DNA of 63,739 nt, the filler included, from Craspedostauros australis (taxonomy: Eukaryota): assembly GCA_030167865.1 (NCBI GenBank). It is 8 parts of 8 records of this genome, joined end to end, with 100 filler letters (N's around TTAATTAATTAA, not from the genome) between each part and the next. Parts side by side here need not be neighbours in the genome. Positions count along the whole stretch, not along the records: positions 1 to 14,941 come from JALAGF010004254.1; positions 15,042 to 17,798 come from JALAGF010004262.1; positions 17,899 to 21,054 come from JALAGF010004263.1; positions 21,155 to 29,692 come from JALAGF010004264.1; 4 more parts are not named here. One strand, 5' to 3'. The notes under the pieces were generated by a model. It was not told where the DNA came from, did no database searches, and saw only the letters and a program-made list of their open reading frames with translations. Shown here one piece after another: positions 12,292 through 24,544 of this stretch. The translations under genes were made by a program, and so were the position numbers. Each line of letters begins with the position of its first letter. Position 1 is the stretch's first letter.

Positions 12292-14639
12292 GGGCAGAAT
12301 GCCACCGAACTGAGATTGACTCGTCATCCTTCGTCGTTTCGCTCGATGAAGAAGCAATGTACGACAGAACGATGGTGGGGAAGATTGTGATGAACGACGC
12401 GAAAGAGAGTCCTCGCACGCAAAGGCCATCGAAGTCAATGACGCGATGCTTCCTCTTGCTGTCCTCTCTCTCTCTCTCTTGTGTGCGAGAGCACTGGTTT
12501 GGCGTTGGTCATGGCGAAGAAGTATCTGAGGGGCGAAGGTGGTCATCGTGGATACGTTGACGACCAAATGCGTTTTTGGTTCCATTCCTTGGAGTCGGGT
12601 GATTCACAAAGATACCGTCACAGATTTTACTCGGTTGGGTCCATTGGCAGGTCACCATGAGAGGTAGTCCCTGTCGGTTCGATGGATGTGGCGATGCCAT
12701 CACGTGCGCAGCCATCATCCATGACGCAGCGGCGACGTCAGGCGATGTGATGAGATACGATGGGACGTCATGTGATGAGTTACAATGCAACGTAATCCAC
12801 AAGGAGCGAAGTATTGACTGCCAATCCTTCGAGAGCGATCCTTGTTGCCTATTGACCCTTTGGGGTGGTTGCGACGGTTGCGCAACTCGGAAGTCAGAAA
12901 GAGCAAGAGGGAAAGAGACGGAAAGTGGAGAAACTGAATGCACAGAAGAGTAGAGTGACGAGAAGTGGAGGGAGATCCGAAGTGGCGGGATCGAAGCGCT
13001 GAAGCTGAGCATGCTCTCCAGAGAGCAGTTCTCGACGCCATGTACATCGCAGAATACGCAACAAGTACCCGATTAGCTTGTGCTTGCGTTGCCGTCATCA
13101 AGTGTGATGAAAAATCACACAGGGGGAAAGCTCACCGGATGCGTGAACCAACCATGATGGGATGCTCTAAGTGAGATCACTGGCGGAGGCTGTTTGACGG
13201 TTGTGAAAGGTGCAACAATGGTCTGTGGATCGATGACTTCACATTCCCATCTGGCATCAAGCGCGCCCGTTTCGACTTCCCAGGATCCGGATCCATCGCG
13301 GAGATCAAGTACCGCCCAACCATCTGCCATGATGAGGACATCTGCTCCTTGCCAGCAATGCGGAAGGCAGAATAGAGAAGACAGAACGAGACAACCCCCC
13401 TTTCGAGGCGCATCATGCAATCATGCTGGCCCGGAGTACACCCTGGTATTCTACCATCCAGTGACTGAGCGCTGACCGATGGCTGTTCGCAAACATAGCG
13501 TCCACAAATATGAGTGTTCCACTCCGGGTGACTCTTCATTGGAGGCTCGGGGGAATACATCAATATTTCTCACTTTGGACGTATTTCATACAGGTCTCCT
13601 CGTACACAACTATGTCTGTGCTTCGTCAGTATGGAGGTTGCAAACACAACACGATTCAATCCCTGCTTTGCCGACCAGACGAGTCCCAAACGGTTGCAGC
13701 TTGTCGTGCAAAATCTGCGCTTCCAAGATCGTGCGCGGCACCACAACGACGTCTCTGAATTTCTGTTGGGATCGATGTAGCGGCGGCATCAGGTGCACAC
13801 AGAGATGTGATGATGGGACGCCAATTCCCAAGCTCTCTTTTGCGTCACAATGCGCACGAAAGGAATTGGACTGAATTGGATCGAATCGTATCCGACAAGA
13901 GGATCGACGCAAACAAAGGAAGATGACATCGCACCTTGTGCGAGGCAGAAAGCGATACTCAACAATCTACGGATTGAATTGATCGTGGTGTTGCGCGTTT
14001 GTATTGCTTGCTTGCTTGTTTGGAATTATTGCTTTCTCTTCTCTATCCGTACTTAGCTTTGCTGCAAGGAGTAAGGGTATTCGTTCTTTTATTCCTCTCC
14101 CTCTCTCGTTCTTGAATCGAAGCGTCGACTCCTCGAGCGATCCTTGTTACTTTTGGGTTGGAATTGTCCCCCCATTGCTAGGATTTATAGAGACAGAGAT
14201 ACAGTCGCACAGTTTGTATCGCGAATGGTCGGCGACAACAACATCAAGTCCATGGACGCTTGTGCGATCACGCTCTTTGGTGGCGGCCACAGCCACAACC
14301 ACAACCACAGCCACATCTCTTCTCTGCCTTGTCCTCCCACCTACTATTTTCTGTCATTTGGATTTCTTTCTACCACGAATACAATCGGATGTGGCATCAA
14401 CGTAGCGAGTTATGGCGACCATCGGAGGGCAGCACTGGGAGTTGAGGGAAATTGACATCCGTGACATATCTCCACCCGTGATTCGACATCTCAGAATCGG
14501 ATCGAACAATCTCGAATGTTTTGCAACACAACACAAATCAGCTGTCTCGATTTCACAAAACTGATTGTTGTTGAGAACTACTACTACTGTTATGTTTGGT
14601 GTTGATGTTGGTGCAAGATGCGATTGTGCACTGTTTGCA

Positions 14640-14941
14640 CTAGGATGTGGCTTCATTGGGATGGATGGACATGTCATCCTTGGTNATGTCCTTCTGCTTG
14701 TGCGCTGCAGCACGTCGAGCACGTCGCACCTTTTTCTTCGCAATTGGCGTCGCCTTCACCTTCTTGGTATCGCGGACACAAAGAGCAAATGCATACATGA
14801 CATAGAAAATGGGCATGTCATTGTCATCAGAAACATCCTCGAAGACCTTCACAACATGATCAGGGTCTGCTTGAAAATGAAGAAGAGTGATGGGATCGTC
14901 ATCCTCGCCAACCTTGGCGTACCCGTTTTCAGGATCCACAA
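14640..14941 (-). CDS. possible 3' fragment of a hypothetical protein cut by the contig end
   Basis: Open frame from the contig edge with protein-like composition and a basic C-terminus. Contains one N. Confidence 0.3.
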
Positions 14942-15041
14942 NNNNNNNNNNNNNNNNNNNNNNNNNNNNNNNNNNNNNNNNNNNNTTAATTAATTAANNN
15001 NNNNNNNNNNNNNNNNNNNNNNNNNNNNNNNNNNNNNNNNN
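14942..15041. other. artificial contig spacer
   Basis: 44 N + TTAATTAATTAA (stops in all six frames) + 44 N. Confidence 0.98.
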
Positions 15042-16060
15042 GTAGAGCTGTACTCCGAGGTAGCATCGATGGGTGCTCTGTAGGGCACATCCCTGAAGTC
15101 GATCTGCGTAGGCTCCTTGCTGAGTTGGTCCTCCGCTCCGCTGGTGGTGATTGCTTGCTCACTCTGGTTGATGCTCCCGTCATCATCGTCCATTACCACT
15201 GACTCCTCGTCGTCGCTGACCAGATTGGCTGCGTCCATTGGTTCGGTAGGAGTGATTTCCTGCACTGAATTTGTCAAGCAGTACTTCCTGAATCCATTGT
15301 AACCCGATGACGATCTGATCATGCCGATGTTGGATGACGTGAGTGGTATGGATCGTCGGTGCTTGCGACGGTCCCAAAAGATCTCCATTCTGTTGCCGAG
15401 GGTGGTACATCCGGTTCCCTCAAGATCCTTGCTGCATTGCGCCCAGTGTTGTGGGCAGAGCAGTCGGAATGGAAGGCTGGGCTCATAGATCACCTTGTCG
15501 AGCTCGATGATGTGCCGGTTTCCGCGGTCGTCCTCGATCTTCCATCTCACCTTTCCTTGCAGGTTCACCTTCCGACTCCCAACTCCCTTCACAACCTTGT
15601 CGATCTTTGTAGGCTCTCCGATGAAGTCATCCTTGCTGTTGGTGAATGAAGTGGATGCGCAATTGTCCACCGCCATCTGAAACGAGTCTGAATCGAATCG
15701 AGCGAGAGGCATCGCGAAGGTGTCTTCTGTCTCCGTGTCTGCGGCTGCCCAAAGGTGTCGCATTGTTCTTGTGCGCCATCCGGACTTTCGTCCGATCCTG
15801 GGTGGCCGGATTCTGTTGCCATGCGCGTAGTATCGCCGGCATTGGTGGTGGTTTGGTCGCCATCTGGTGTGTTTGCGTGGGTGTCCTTGGATTAGCGCAA
15901 TGCGCCAAGCTGTCCACGTGACCAGGGCGACCACCACCATGGCCAATGCTGACTCCTCATCTCCGTGCGCGAAGGCGGCAACGCAGATGGCTGTCAGTAA
16001 TGCCATGATGAGTGGCCTGCAGAGGGTGAGCAACTGTGCCCACACCCTCCGGCCGATCAT
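15042..16060 (-). CDS. pol: Pol N-terminal part: hydrophobic leader and aspartic protease
   Basis: Protease motif FQMAVDNCAS...VKGVG...G.VRWKIEDD...VIYEPSLPFRLLCPQHW. Continues into the 17899 contig via the overlap. Confidence 0.85.
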
Positions 16061-17662
16061 TCAGTACTCCTCTTCGGCCACATGTGGCATGGCCACCGTT
16101 GGCTTGTTGGAGGTACCATCTCCTCCTGACTTGTCAGGCTTGCCATCCGAATTGGCCCCTCCCTTGAGGGCCTTGCACTCCGATGGCTTGTGACGGACCC
16201 ATTTGCCGTTGGTTCCGTGGTTGGGGCACCAGTGGACGTCTTTTCCGCTCGGATCCTGCTTGGTCTTGGGCTCTCCGCTGGCTGGAGGTTGGTAGAACCA
16301 TGGGGTGTCCCCAGATCCTCCTTTCTTTCCGTCCTTCTCTTTGCCCTTCTTGCCCTTCTTGCCCTTGCCGTCCTTGCCGTCCTTGCCCTTCTTTCCGTTG
16401 CCGCCCTTGTTGGCCTTCTTCATCTTCTCGAGTTCTGCCGTCAGCGCCACGATGTGTTTCTGGTCCTCTGTTTGGGCCTTCCACGTTCCGCGTTCAACCA
16501 TGGTCTTGTATTTCTTGTCTACCAGATCCATGAGTTCGTCGGCATCGATTGCGATTCCTTCGTTGTGCTGGTCCTCCTTGCTCTCGATGTATCGGCGGAA
16601 TGTCTCATCGCTCACCTGCTTGTAGGCGTCGAAAAGATAGATTAGCAGATCATGGGTGACTTGTCCACGTGCCGTCAATCCGTTGCGTTGCAGTTTCGCA
16701 TACTCGTTGAGTTCGGTGATGTTGTCCGAGAGGTCGCCGATCTTGTTCGACAGGTTGGCCAGGTTGCTTCGCAGCATGCTGATGGTTGCGTTGGTGTTGA
16801 CCAGTGATTTCTCCATCAGGACCTTGAACATCAACAGGCCATCGTGAACCTTCCCTTCGGCTGTGTGCAGGGAGTACTTCTCTGACTCCAGCTGCATGCG
16901 GGACCTTGCGTCTTGCGTGAGGGACTCCTGAATGCACTTTGCGATTTGCATTGCGTTCTGGGCGTGCCTGGTCTGTCGGCTGGAATAGCGTTCGGCGTAT
17001 TCCCGAACCTCTTTGTAGCTGATTGTGCTATGTTCGAGGAACAGGTTTCGCTTTTCGCCGCGGATGTTGATGATGACAGTTTGGAGCCAGTTGAACTCCA
17101 TTGCTCGGGCGTTGAGGAGGTTGGTGAACTTGTGGACGAGGTTCGAGGTCATGTCGAACTCCACTGGGAGTGCCTCGACGGCCTTGTAGTACAGCTTTGC
17201 CACAGATGTCTTGCTGTAGTCGAGCAGCCGATTGTGGATGCGAGCTGGCGTCAAAGCGTACTGGAATGCAGGCTGTGCATCCACTACCTCTTCATCGTCC
17301 TCTTCATCGTCCTCATCGTCGCCCCCACCGTCTCCTCCGAAGTTGTCGAAGAAGGGATCGTCCTCTTCGTACGGGTCGCCCCCGCCTCCGCCATCTCCTC
17401 CGCCGTCCCCGCCGCCGTTGCCTCCTGGGTTGGTGTTGCCCTGTGGAACGTTCTGAGCGGGTGGCTTCAGGTTGCCTTGGTTGGTTGCCATGGCGTTTGG
17501 GTTGTTGTCGCCTGGGTTGGACGGTTGGTTGCTGGCTGCGGCTTGATTGCCCGCAGTGCCTCGGCCTGCAGCTGTGTTGGGTGCGGCGCTCGTGTTGGCA
17601 GCTGTGTTGGCTGCGGTGCTGGATTGTCTCGCTCTTGAGCGAGTTGTTGCTGTGGCGACCAT
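16061..17662 (-). CDS. gag: retrotransposon Gag (533 aa from first ATG)
   Basis: Low-complexity N-terminus, helical capsid-like core, Lys/Gly-rich segment, and C-terminal knuckle WCPNHGTNGKWVRHKPSEC. Directly upstream of and in frame with pol. Confidence 0.85.
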   Translation of the reverse strand: MVATATTRSRARQSSTAANTAANTSAAPNTAAGRGTAGNQAAASNQPSNPGDNNPNAMATNQGNLKPPAQNVPQGNTNPGGNGGGDGGGDGGGGGDPYEEDDPFFDNFGGDGGGDDEDDEEDDEEVVDAQPAFQYALTPARIHNRLLDYSKTSVAKLYYKAVEALPVEFDMTSNLVHKFTNLLNARAMEFNWLQTVIINIRGEKRNLFLEHSTISYKEVREYAERYSSRQTRHAQNAMQIAKCIQESLTQDARSRMQLESEKYSLHTAEGKVHDGLLMFKVLMEKSLVNTNATISMLRSNLANLSNKIGDLSDNITELNEYAKLQRNGLTARGQVTHDLLIYLFDAYKQVSDETFRRYIESKEDQHNEGIAIDADELMDLVDKKYKTMVERGTWKAQTEDQKHIVALTAELEKMKKANKGGNGKKGKDGKDGKGKKGKKGKEKDGKKGGSGDTPWFYQPPASGEPKTKQDPSGKDVHWCPNHGTNGKWVRHKPSECKALKGGANSDGKPDKSGGDGTSNKPTVAMPHVAEEEY

Positions 17663-17798
17663 GATTCCGTCCAGTTGGTTTGACCAGTCGTTGAATAGGT
17701 ACACTTGATTGTTTGTGGGGCCTGGAGACGAGATTGTGGATTGCAATGTGTTGTCGTGTCCTGGACCTGCAGTAGAATAGCGCTACGAGAGGTGACTT

Positions 17799-17898
17799 NN
17801 NNNNNNNNNNNNNNNNNNNNNNNNNNNNNNNNNNNNNNNNNNTTAATTAATTAANNNNNNNNNNNNNNNNNNNNNNNNNNNNNNNNNNNNNNNNNNNN
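17799..17898. other. artificial contig spacer
   Basis: N44-TTAATTAATTAA-N44. Confidence 0.98.
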
Positions 17899-20800
17899 GT
17901 GATCTATGAGCCCAGCCTTCCATTCCGACTGCTCTGCCCACAACACTGGGCGCAATGCAGCAAGGATCTTGAGGGAACCGGATGTACCACCCTCGGCAAC
18001 AGAATGGAGATCTTTTGGGACCGTCGCAAGCACCGACGATCCATACCACTCACGTCATCCAACATCGGCATGATCAGATCGTCATCGGGTTACAATGGAT
18101 TCAGGAAGTACTGCTTGACAAATTCAGTGCAGGAAATCACTCCTACCGAACCAATGGACGCAGCCAATCTGGTCAGCGACGACGAGGAGTCAGTGGTAAT
18201 GGACGATGATGACGGGAGCATCAACCAGAGTGAGCAAGCAATCACCACCAGCGGAGCGGAGGACCAACTCAGCAAGGAGCCTACGCAGATCGACTTCAGG
18301 GATGTGCCCTACAGAGCACCCATCGATGCTACCTCGGAGTACAGCTCTACTCCAACAGCCGACATGCTCCGACTGCACTACAAGCTTGGGCATGTATCCT
18401 TCAACAAGATGAGGACCATGGCTTCCAAGGGAGAGATCCCTGCGAAGTTCCGAGACTGCCAACTGCCCGCATGCGCATCATGTGAGTATGGAAAGGCAAC
18501 CAGACGGCCATGGCGGACCAAGGGAGGCAATCAGCAAGTGAGCAAACTCGTGCCAATCAATCGGCCTGGAGACTGTGTGTCGGTGGACCAGATGGAGTCA
18601 CCAACACAGGGGTTCATCGGACAGATCAAAGGCAGGCTGACTACCCAGCGGTACCGCGCAGCCACCATTTTCACTGACCATCACAGTCGATTCAGCTACG
18701 TGCACCTTCAGAAGAGCACCAACGCCGAAGAAACCCTGCATGCCAAACAAGCATTCGAGGCATACGCCAAGACCTACGGAGTGACGATTCGGCACTATCA
18801 CGCCGACAATGGTCGATTCGCAGAGAACAAATTCCTCTCGCATGTCGATCGCTCCGGCCAGACCATCACCTTTTGCGCCGCATACGCCCACTTCCAAAAC
18901 GGAGTGGCGGAGAAACGCATCAGGGATCTGCAGGAGGCAGCTCGGACAATGCTGCTGCACATGCACATCAGGTGGAAGGAGGCCGCATCCATTTCACTGT
19001 GGCCGTACGCTCTGCGCATGGCAAATGAGGTGATGAACGCAACCCCGAATCCAGTGATCAATCACATCACACCTATTGAACGATTCTCTGGGTCCGCAAT
19101 CAAGCCCCAGCTGAAGCATTTTCATTCGTTCGGATGCCCAACGTACGTCCTGAACCCTCGACTCGCCAATGGCCAATCACAGCCAAAATGGATGTCGAAG
19201 GCAAGGATCGGGATCTACCTTGGACTCTCTCCTCGTCACGCAAGATCGGTGGCGCTCATCCTCAACCCAAGGACAGGACTGGTGTCGCCGCAATTTCACG
19301 TCAAGTGCGATGACATGTTTGAGACAGTGGTGGGTACCACAGGCACCAATCATGGCCAATGGAAGCAGTTGGCAGGCATCAGCAAGCCTGGAGTGATCAA
19401 GCGCTCCAAGGGAGTGACCGCAACCGAAGGGTTACGCGGGTCCTCCGACACGGATGCGCCAACATCGCCAACAAATCAGCATACGAACGCAGATGACCCG
19501 GAAGGAGACGAAGAGTTCGAAGCATCACAGGCGGCAACGGGCGACGACATCAACATCGGCGAAGCGCCCAGCAACACCGCCACCACGGAGCCACCAGCCA
19601 GGAATCAACAGGAGCAGTCAGCAGGACTGCGTCGATCAAACAGGCACCGAACACCATCCAGAAAGGTAAGAGAGAATGGAGACACCGAAGTCGTCGCACT
19701 ACCCAGCGCATTCGAGGTGGCAAGCACATTCGAGAACGGAAAAGGATTCGACACCAACGAGACCTCAGATCCGATCGCATTCGCCGCATCAGCCGACCCA
19801 GACACCATGTACTATCACCAAGCAATGAAGCAACCGGATCGGATGAAGTTCAAGGAGGCGATGCAAGCTGAGCTCAACGCTCACCACGAGAACGGCCACT
19901 GGGAGGTCGTCCCGAGATCAGAAGTGCCAGAGGGAACCAAGGTGGTAGCATCGGTGTGGTCCATGAAGCGGAAACGCCGAATCAAGACCAGAGAGGTGTA
20001 CAAGTGGAAGGCAAGGCTCAACGTCCACGGAGGCCAGCAGGTCAAAGGAGTGAACTTCTGGGAGACATACGCCCCGGTCGTTACCTGGATGTCCATCAGA
20101 CTCGTCCTCATCCTCTCAATCCTGCACAAATGGCACACAAGGCAGATCGATTTCGTGCTCGCATACCCTCAGGCGGAAGTGGAGACAACTATCTACATGG
20201 AAGTACCAGTTGGAGTGAGCATCGGAGATGGAGACACGAAGGACTATGTCCTGAAGCTGGTGAAGAACCTGTACGGCCAAAAGCAGGCCGGACGAGTCTG
20301 GAACCAGCATCTGCACCGGGGATTGAGCGACATCGGATTCACACAGAGCAAAGTCGACGAATGCGTCTACTACCACGGTAAGACAATGTTTCTGGTGTAT
20401 GTGGACGACGGCATCCTCGCAGGCCCAAGCGCAGAAGAGATTGACAAGCTTCTCAATCAAATGCAACAGCGGTTCAATATCACCGACGAAGGGAACCTCA
20501 CGGACTATCTGGGTGTGCATGTCACTCACCTGGAGGACGGACGCATCAAACTGTCGCAGCCCCATCTCATCGATCAGATCGTAAAGGACCTGAACTTTCG
20601 TCCAAACACCAGACCCAGGGACACGCCGGCAATGACGACGAAGATCCTGGATGCAGACGAGAATGGCGAGGAGCACAACGCGACCTGGAGCTACCGATCG
20701 GTCATCGGAAAGCTCAACTTCCTGGAGAAATCCACTCGCGGGGAGATCGGGTACGCCGTGCATCAAGCAGCCAGATTCAGCGCCAATCCGAAGAAATCGC

Positions 20801-21054
20801 ACTCACAAGCGGTGAACCTAATCGGGCGGTACCTGATGGCAACCAGAGACGAAGGCATCATCCTGAACCCCAACGACAAGGCATTCGAATGCTTTGCCGA
20901 TGCAGACTTTGCGGGATTGTGGAACAGAGACACAGCAGCCGAAGACTCAGCCACAGCCAGATCAAGGACTGGATACCTGATTCGATTTGCAGGATGCCCC
21001 ATCGCATGGGCATCGCGCTTGCAGACGGAGATCGCATTGAGCACAACCGAAGCC
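17899..21054 (+). CDS. pol: Pol: integrase, reverse transcriptase and start of RNase H (both ends truncated)
   Basis: HHCC LHYKLGH..CASC; rve core VSVDQ, HADNG, QNGVAEKRIR; FGCPTY; RT WKARL, ETYAPV, QIDF..AY, LYGQKQAGRVW, YVDD; RNase H FADADFAG and IALSTTEA. Uninterrupted frame. Confidence 0.95.
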
Positions 21055-21154
21055 NNNNNNNNNNNNNNNNNNNNNNNNNNNNNNNNNNNNNNNNNNNNTT
21101 AATTAATTAANNNNNNNNNNNNNNNNNNNNNNNNNNNNNNNNNNNNNNNNNNNN
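21055..21154. other. artificial contig spacer
   Basis: N44-TTAATTAATTAA-N44. Confidence 0.98.
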
Positions 21155-23959
21155 CATGATCTGGAACATGAACTTGTTTGAGAGGATCTTCTTCTTGTCA
21201 TTCAGTACCGGAAGCGATAGGATCTGCTCATCCGTGTGGCGTCTGAGGTATGATGTCAGCCATAACATATCCCGAATCACGTGCAGCACATATCCGCGCT
21301 TGGGGTACCTTCCAAGCAAGCGGACAGTCTCTCTGTTCATTTTCATGCAGAGATCTTGCCTGTCCTGCTTGGCGTATGCTACTGCCATACAGGAATATAC
21401 CGACAGCTTCTGTTCGGTTGTGTCTGCCCTCTCCAATACCTCTCGACCCAGATCGTATCCCAGCTGGTAGTGGCCCAGTGTGAGCTCCGCATCAGCTCGG
21501 AGCTGATGTAGACGAAGCGAAAGATCATAATGGTTCTCCCACGGGGCGCGGAGCTTGCGGAATGCATTGTAGGCCAGCTGCAAGTACATGGCTGCTGGTG
21601 CCAGCGCTGCCATCTTCAATGCCTGCTCTCCGACTTCCAAGTTGAGCTGAAGGGAGAATGGATGATCCTTGGTTGGTATGCAGTTGAGATGGTCGGCGGC
21701 AACGAAGAGCAGGCTCGCATCGATGGTTGGAAGTGACTGGCCACCGCCTTCGTTGCCGCCGCTGCTGACTGTAGATGGAAGTGGAGATGTTGTTGTTGCT
21801 GTCGTTGCAAGCGGAAGTTGGTTCTGTTCACAGTACATCCTCCAGATGTACAGCCCGATCCTGTGTTTCAATTTGCTTCTCATTTCGCCGAATGGGACGA
21901 GTCCCAATGCAGCCTGCTGGATGCGATCATGAGCGAAACGGAATGTCTTGCTCCCGACTGGGTTGGAGAGGAGACCTTCCAGCACCGCTTCTTCCAGATG
22001 ATCCGACAGCAGCATTGAATCTACTCCAGATGTTGAGAGCGTCTCTGCTCCTCCGCCACCATCGTGTTTGACGGTGTTGGTACCTGCAAATACGAACCCA
22101 TCCATCGGAGGCTTCTGAATGCTCTCTTCTCTCAGCACAAACTCCAACAGATCAACATCAAAGCTGAAGCGGATATACGACGCGATGATCAGGGCGGTAC
22201 GAAGTTCGGCGGGCTGGTTGTTGAGTTTCATCGCCATCAGCTGGACCACGTTGCCTGCAGATGCGAACGCTTGTTTGCGGCGCTGTTGATCTCCATATTG
22301 GGACATGCTCAGATCGTTGCTGCCAAGGGATGCATCATCAGGGATGTGCCACTCCCATTGGAATGAGATGCGGCTGTACACGATGGCGTTGCACCGCTCA
22401 AGCTCCTCCAGGAGCTGCAGCATGAAGAAGACGTTGCCTTCCGTCTTGGTGTAGATCTTGGATGTCAACGGTTGCAGCTCCTCCACTTCGCGGTCGAGAA
22501 GCTGCGACAGCCACAGTCCGACATCATCCTGCGTCATGTTGGCGAGATGGATGTCGGTCCATATCGCGCTTGCGTCTTGTGCTGGTGGTGGTTTGGGCCA
22601 TAATTGGGGATGCTTGGGAGACGCATGGTCTTCTGCGTGATGTTGAGAGCTATGCAGCTTGTCGAACATGCTGGCGAGTGGAGATGTCGGGGCTAACTCC
22701 AAGGGACAATCGGAGTGCGGGTTTGCTTCCTGACGGATGGCACCGATCAAGAGGAAGTTGCTGAGCTGTTTGTCTTGCAGCAACGTGGCGAGAAGATCCA
22801 AGGCCACTTGGGAGCTCCACTGCATGTCATCAAGGAACATGACGACCGGTCGCTTCCTCGTCGCGATGGCCTTGATGAATGATCCGAACATGTACTGCAG
22901 CTTGTTCCATGCCTTGTCGCTGGAGGTCACCATTTGTTCCACACTGTCGCTCTCGATGGTGCAGTTTGTGCGTTGGTGTCCACCTTGGATTTGATCTCTT
23001 GTCGATGATACTGCAGATGATGGTGGCGCCGGCGATGCTCCTCCACCGGCCTTGCTTCCACTGTTTCCCTTGCTTCCCTTGCTTCCCTTGTTTGCCTTGT
23101 CCCTCTTCTTCTCACGCGGCCCATCATGCAAAGACTCCGTCTCCAGCAAGGATGCGATGGATGGCACGATGGTTGCCATCATCTGCACTTCGCCACCGAT
23201 AGTGTCGCGAATGATGTCGGTCATGCGTTTGCGTTCATCTTTGGGTTCGCTGATGACCTGTTGACAAAAGTCGCTCAAGGTTTGAACGATGGCCGAGAAT
23301 GGGTCCTTGGATCCTGTCGTTTCATCGTTCTTTCCTTGGATGAAGTATGCGCGCTGTGTTGGCTGCGAATGATTGGCGTTGGTGTTGGTGTTGGTGTTCG
23401 TGTCGACTGGTTGATCGTCAGGATTGTTGCCCTGCTCACCAGCAGCACCAAGGGACGCTGCAAGCTGCTTGACGAGTCTGGATTTGCCAGTTCCGCTGAG
23501 TCCCCAAAGGAACGCGGCAGGAAGTGTTGGCCCGGTGGATCGAATGCCAGCTTTGGCATCGCGAGGTTGGCTCGCAGCTGGTGAGGCGTCATGAAGGATA
23601 TGGTGACGATCGGCGTCATCGGCCGCCTTGTGGCTGGTGTTGCGCTTGCGATTGCGGTGTGCTGGCTTTCCTCCTTTCCGATCGCTCCCGTTGTGAGATG
23701 GTCGTACGATGTCTTCGAAGGCGGCCTTCAATTGGTCGAGCTCCTTTGAACGACCGAAGAACTGGGTGTTGCGGAAATCTAGCTTGCAGTGGATCTGCGC
23801 ATCCAGCTCTGTCTCGTTGTATCCATCATCGTAAAAGTCGTTGCCGGACGTGAACGTGACCGCAGTCTGCAACGTTGATGATAGCCTTGTGTTGTTGCTT
23901 GAGATGGACTTCGTCATGGCGAGCAAGTTCGATTTGTGGATTAGCCCCGGCCTTGGCAT
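21155..23959 (-). CDS. STAND-class (AAA_16 / COG3899-like) ATPase with helical TPR-like region, copy 1 (3'-truncated)
   Basis: FFGRSKEL, Walker A GLSGTGKS, Walker B VMFLDDMQW, TEGNVFF, FRFAHDRIQQAA. Confidence 0.88.
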
Positions 23960-24544
23960 GGAATCTGGTTAGCTCCGGTTTCGTTTGGGTTCGTCGCCGT
24001 GTTGTCATTTGTCTGCGATGAAGCGCTGCCTCTCCCACTGCTGCGGAATGGAAAGTTGTTGCATCCGCTCGAGCAGTTACTGGTGTCGCTGTTGGTGTGT
24101 TCATGGTGTGTGCAAAGCGCACGCTTTTTCTTCTTGGACAGTCACAAATTGGTGTCACGCTCTGTGAGCCGTTGGTGACGACGTTTGTCGCGTTTGTTCG
24201 GGCCTTGTGGATCACGCCTTCACATCACGGTGACACACTTGTTATGCCTTCTTTGTGACTCCACAAAGCGTCAAAAGTGTCGAATCCGCCAAATTCAGCG
24301 CTTTGACATGTCGTTCAAGTTGTGTCTCTGTGCGGTCTTCGAAAACCTCAAACACTTAGCGCTTCAACGCCTTCTCATGACCAATAGGTCATCTTTGACA
24401 AGACTTGGGTGTCCTTCACATTATCAATGATAGTTCTCTGTTTCGAAAAGAAGTGTGCGCAAAAAGTCTCTTGGGGCAAAAGACGGAATGAAACACTTCA
24501 TTCGGGACATACTAAATGAAACAAGACAGTTGAAGCCTAGTTAA

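Larger units (their letters stand above)
15042..21054. mobile_element. Ty1/copia LTR retrotransposon (diatom CoDi-like), split over two oppositely oriented contigs; LTRs not captured
   Basis: gag and protease lie on the minus strand (15042-17798). Integrase, RT and RNase H lie on the plus strand (17899-21054). 15042-15493 is the reverse complement of 17899-18350 (452 bp overlap). PR-INT-RT-RH order is copia. Confidence 0.93.

Noticed and set aside
14986..14997. Recurrent TTAATTAATTAA motif (7 copies)
   Set aside because: Artificial six-frame-stop linker inside N runs.
17670..17690. TGGTCAAACCAACTGG upstream of gag as a primer-binding site
   Set aside because: Could not be matched to a tRNA 3' end, and the LTR boundary cannot be confirmed without a second LTR.
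15042..18350. Divergent gag and pol with an inverted 452-bp repeat
   Set aside because: Contig overlap. Flipping one contig gives a normal gag-PR-INT-RT-RH order.
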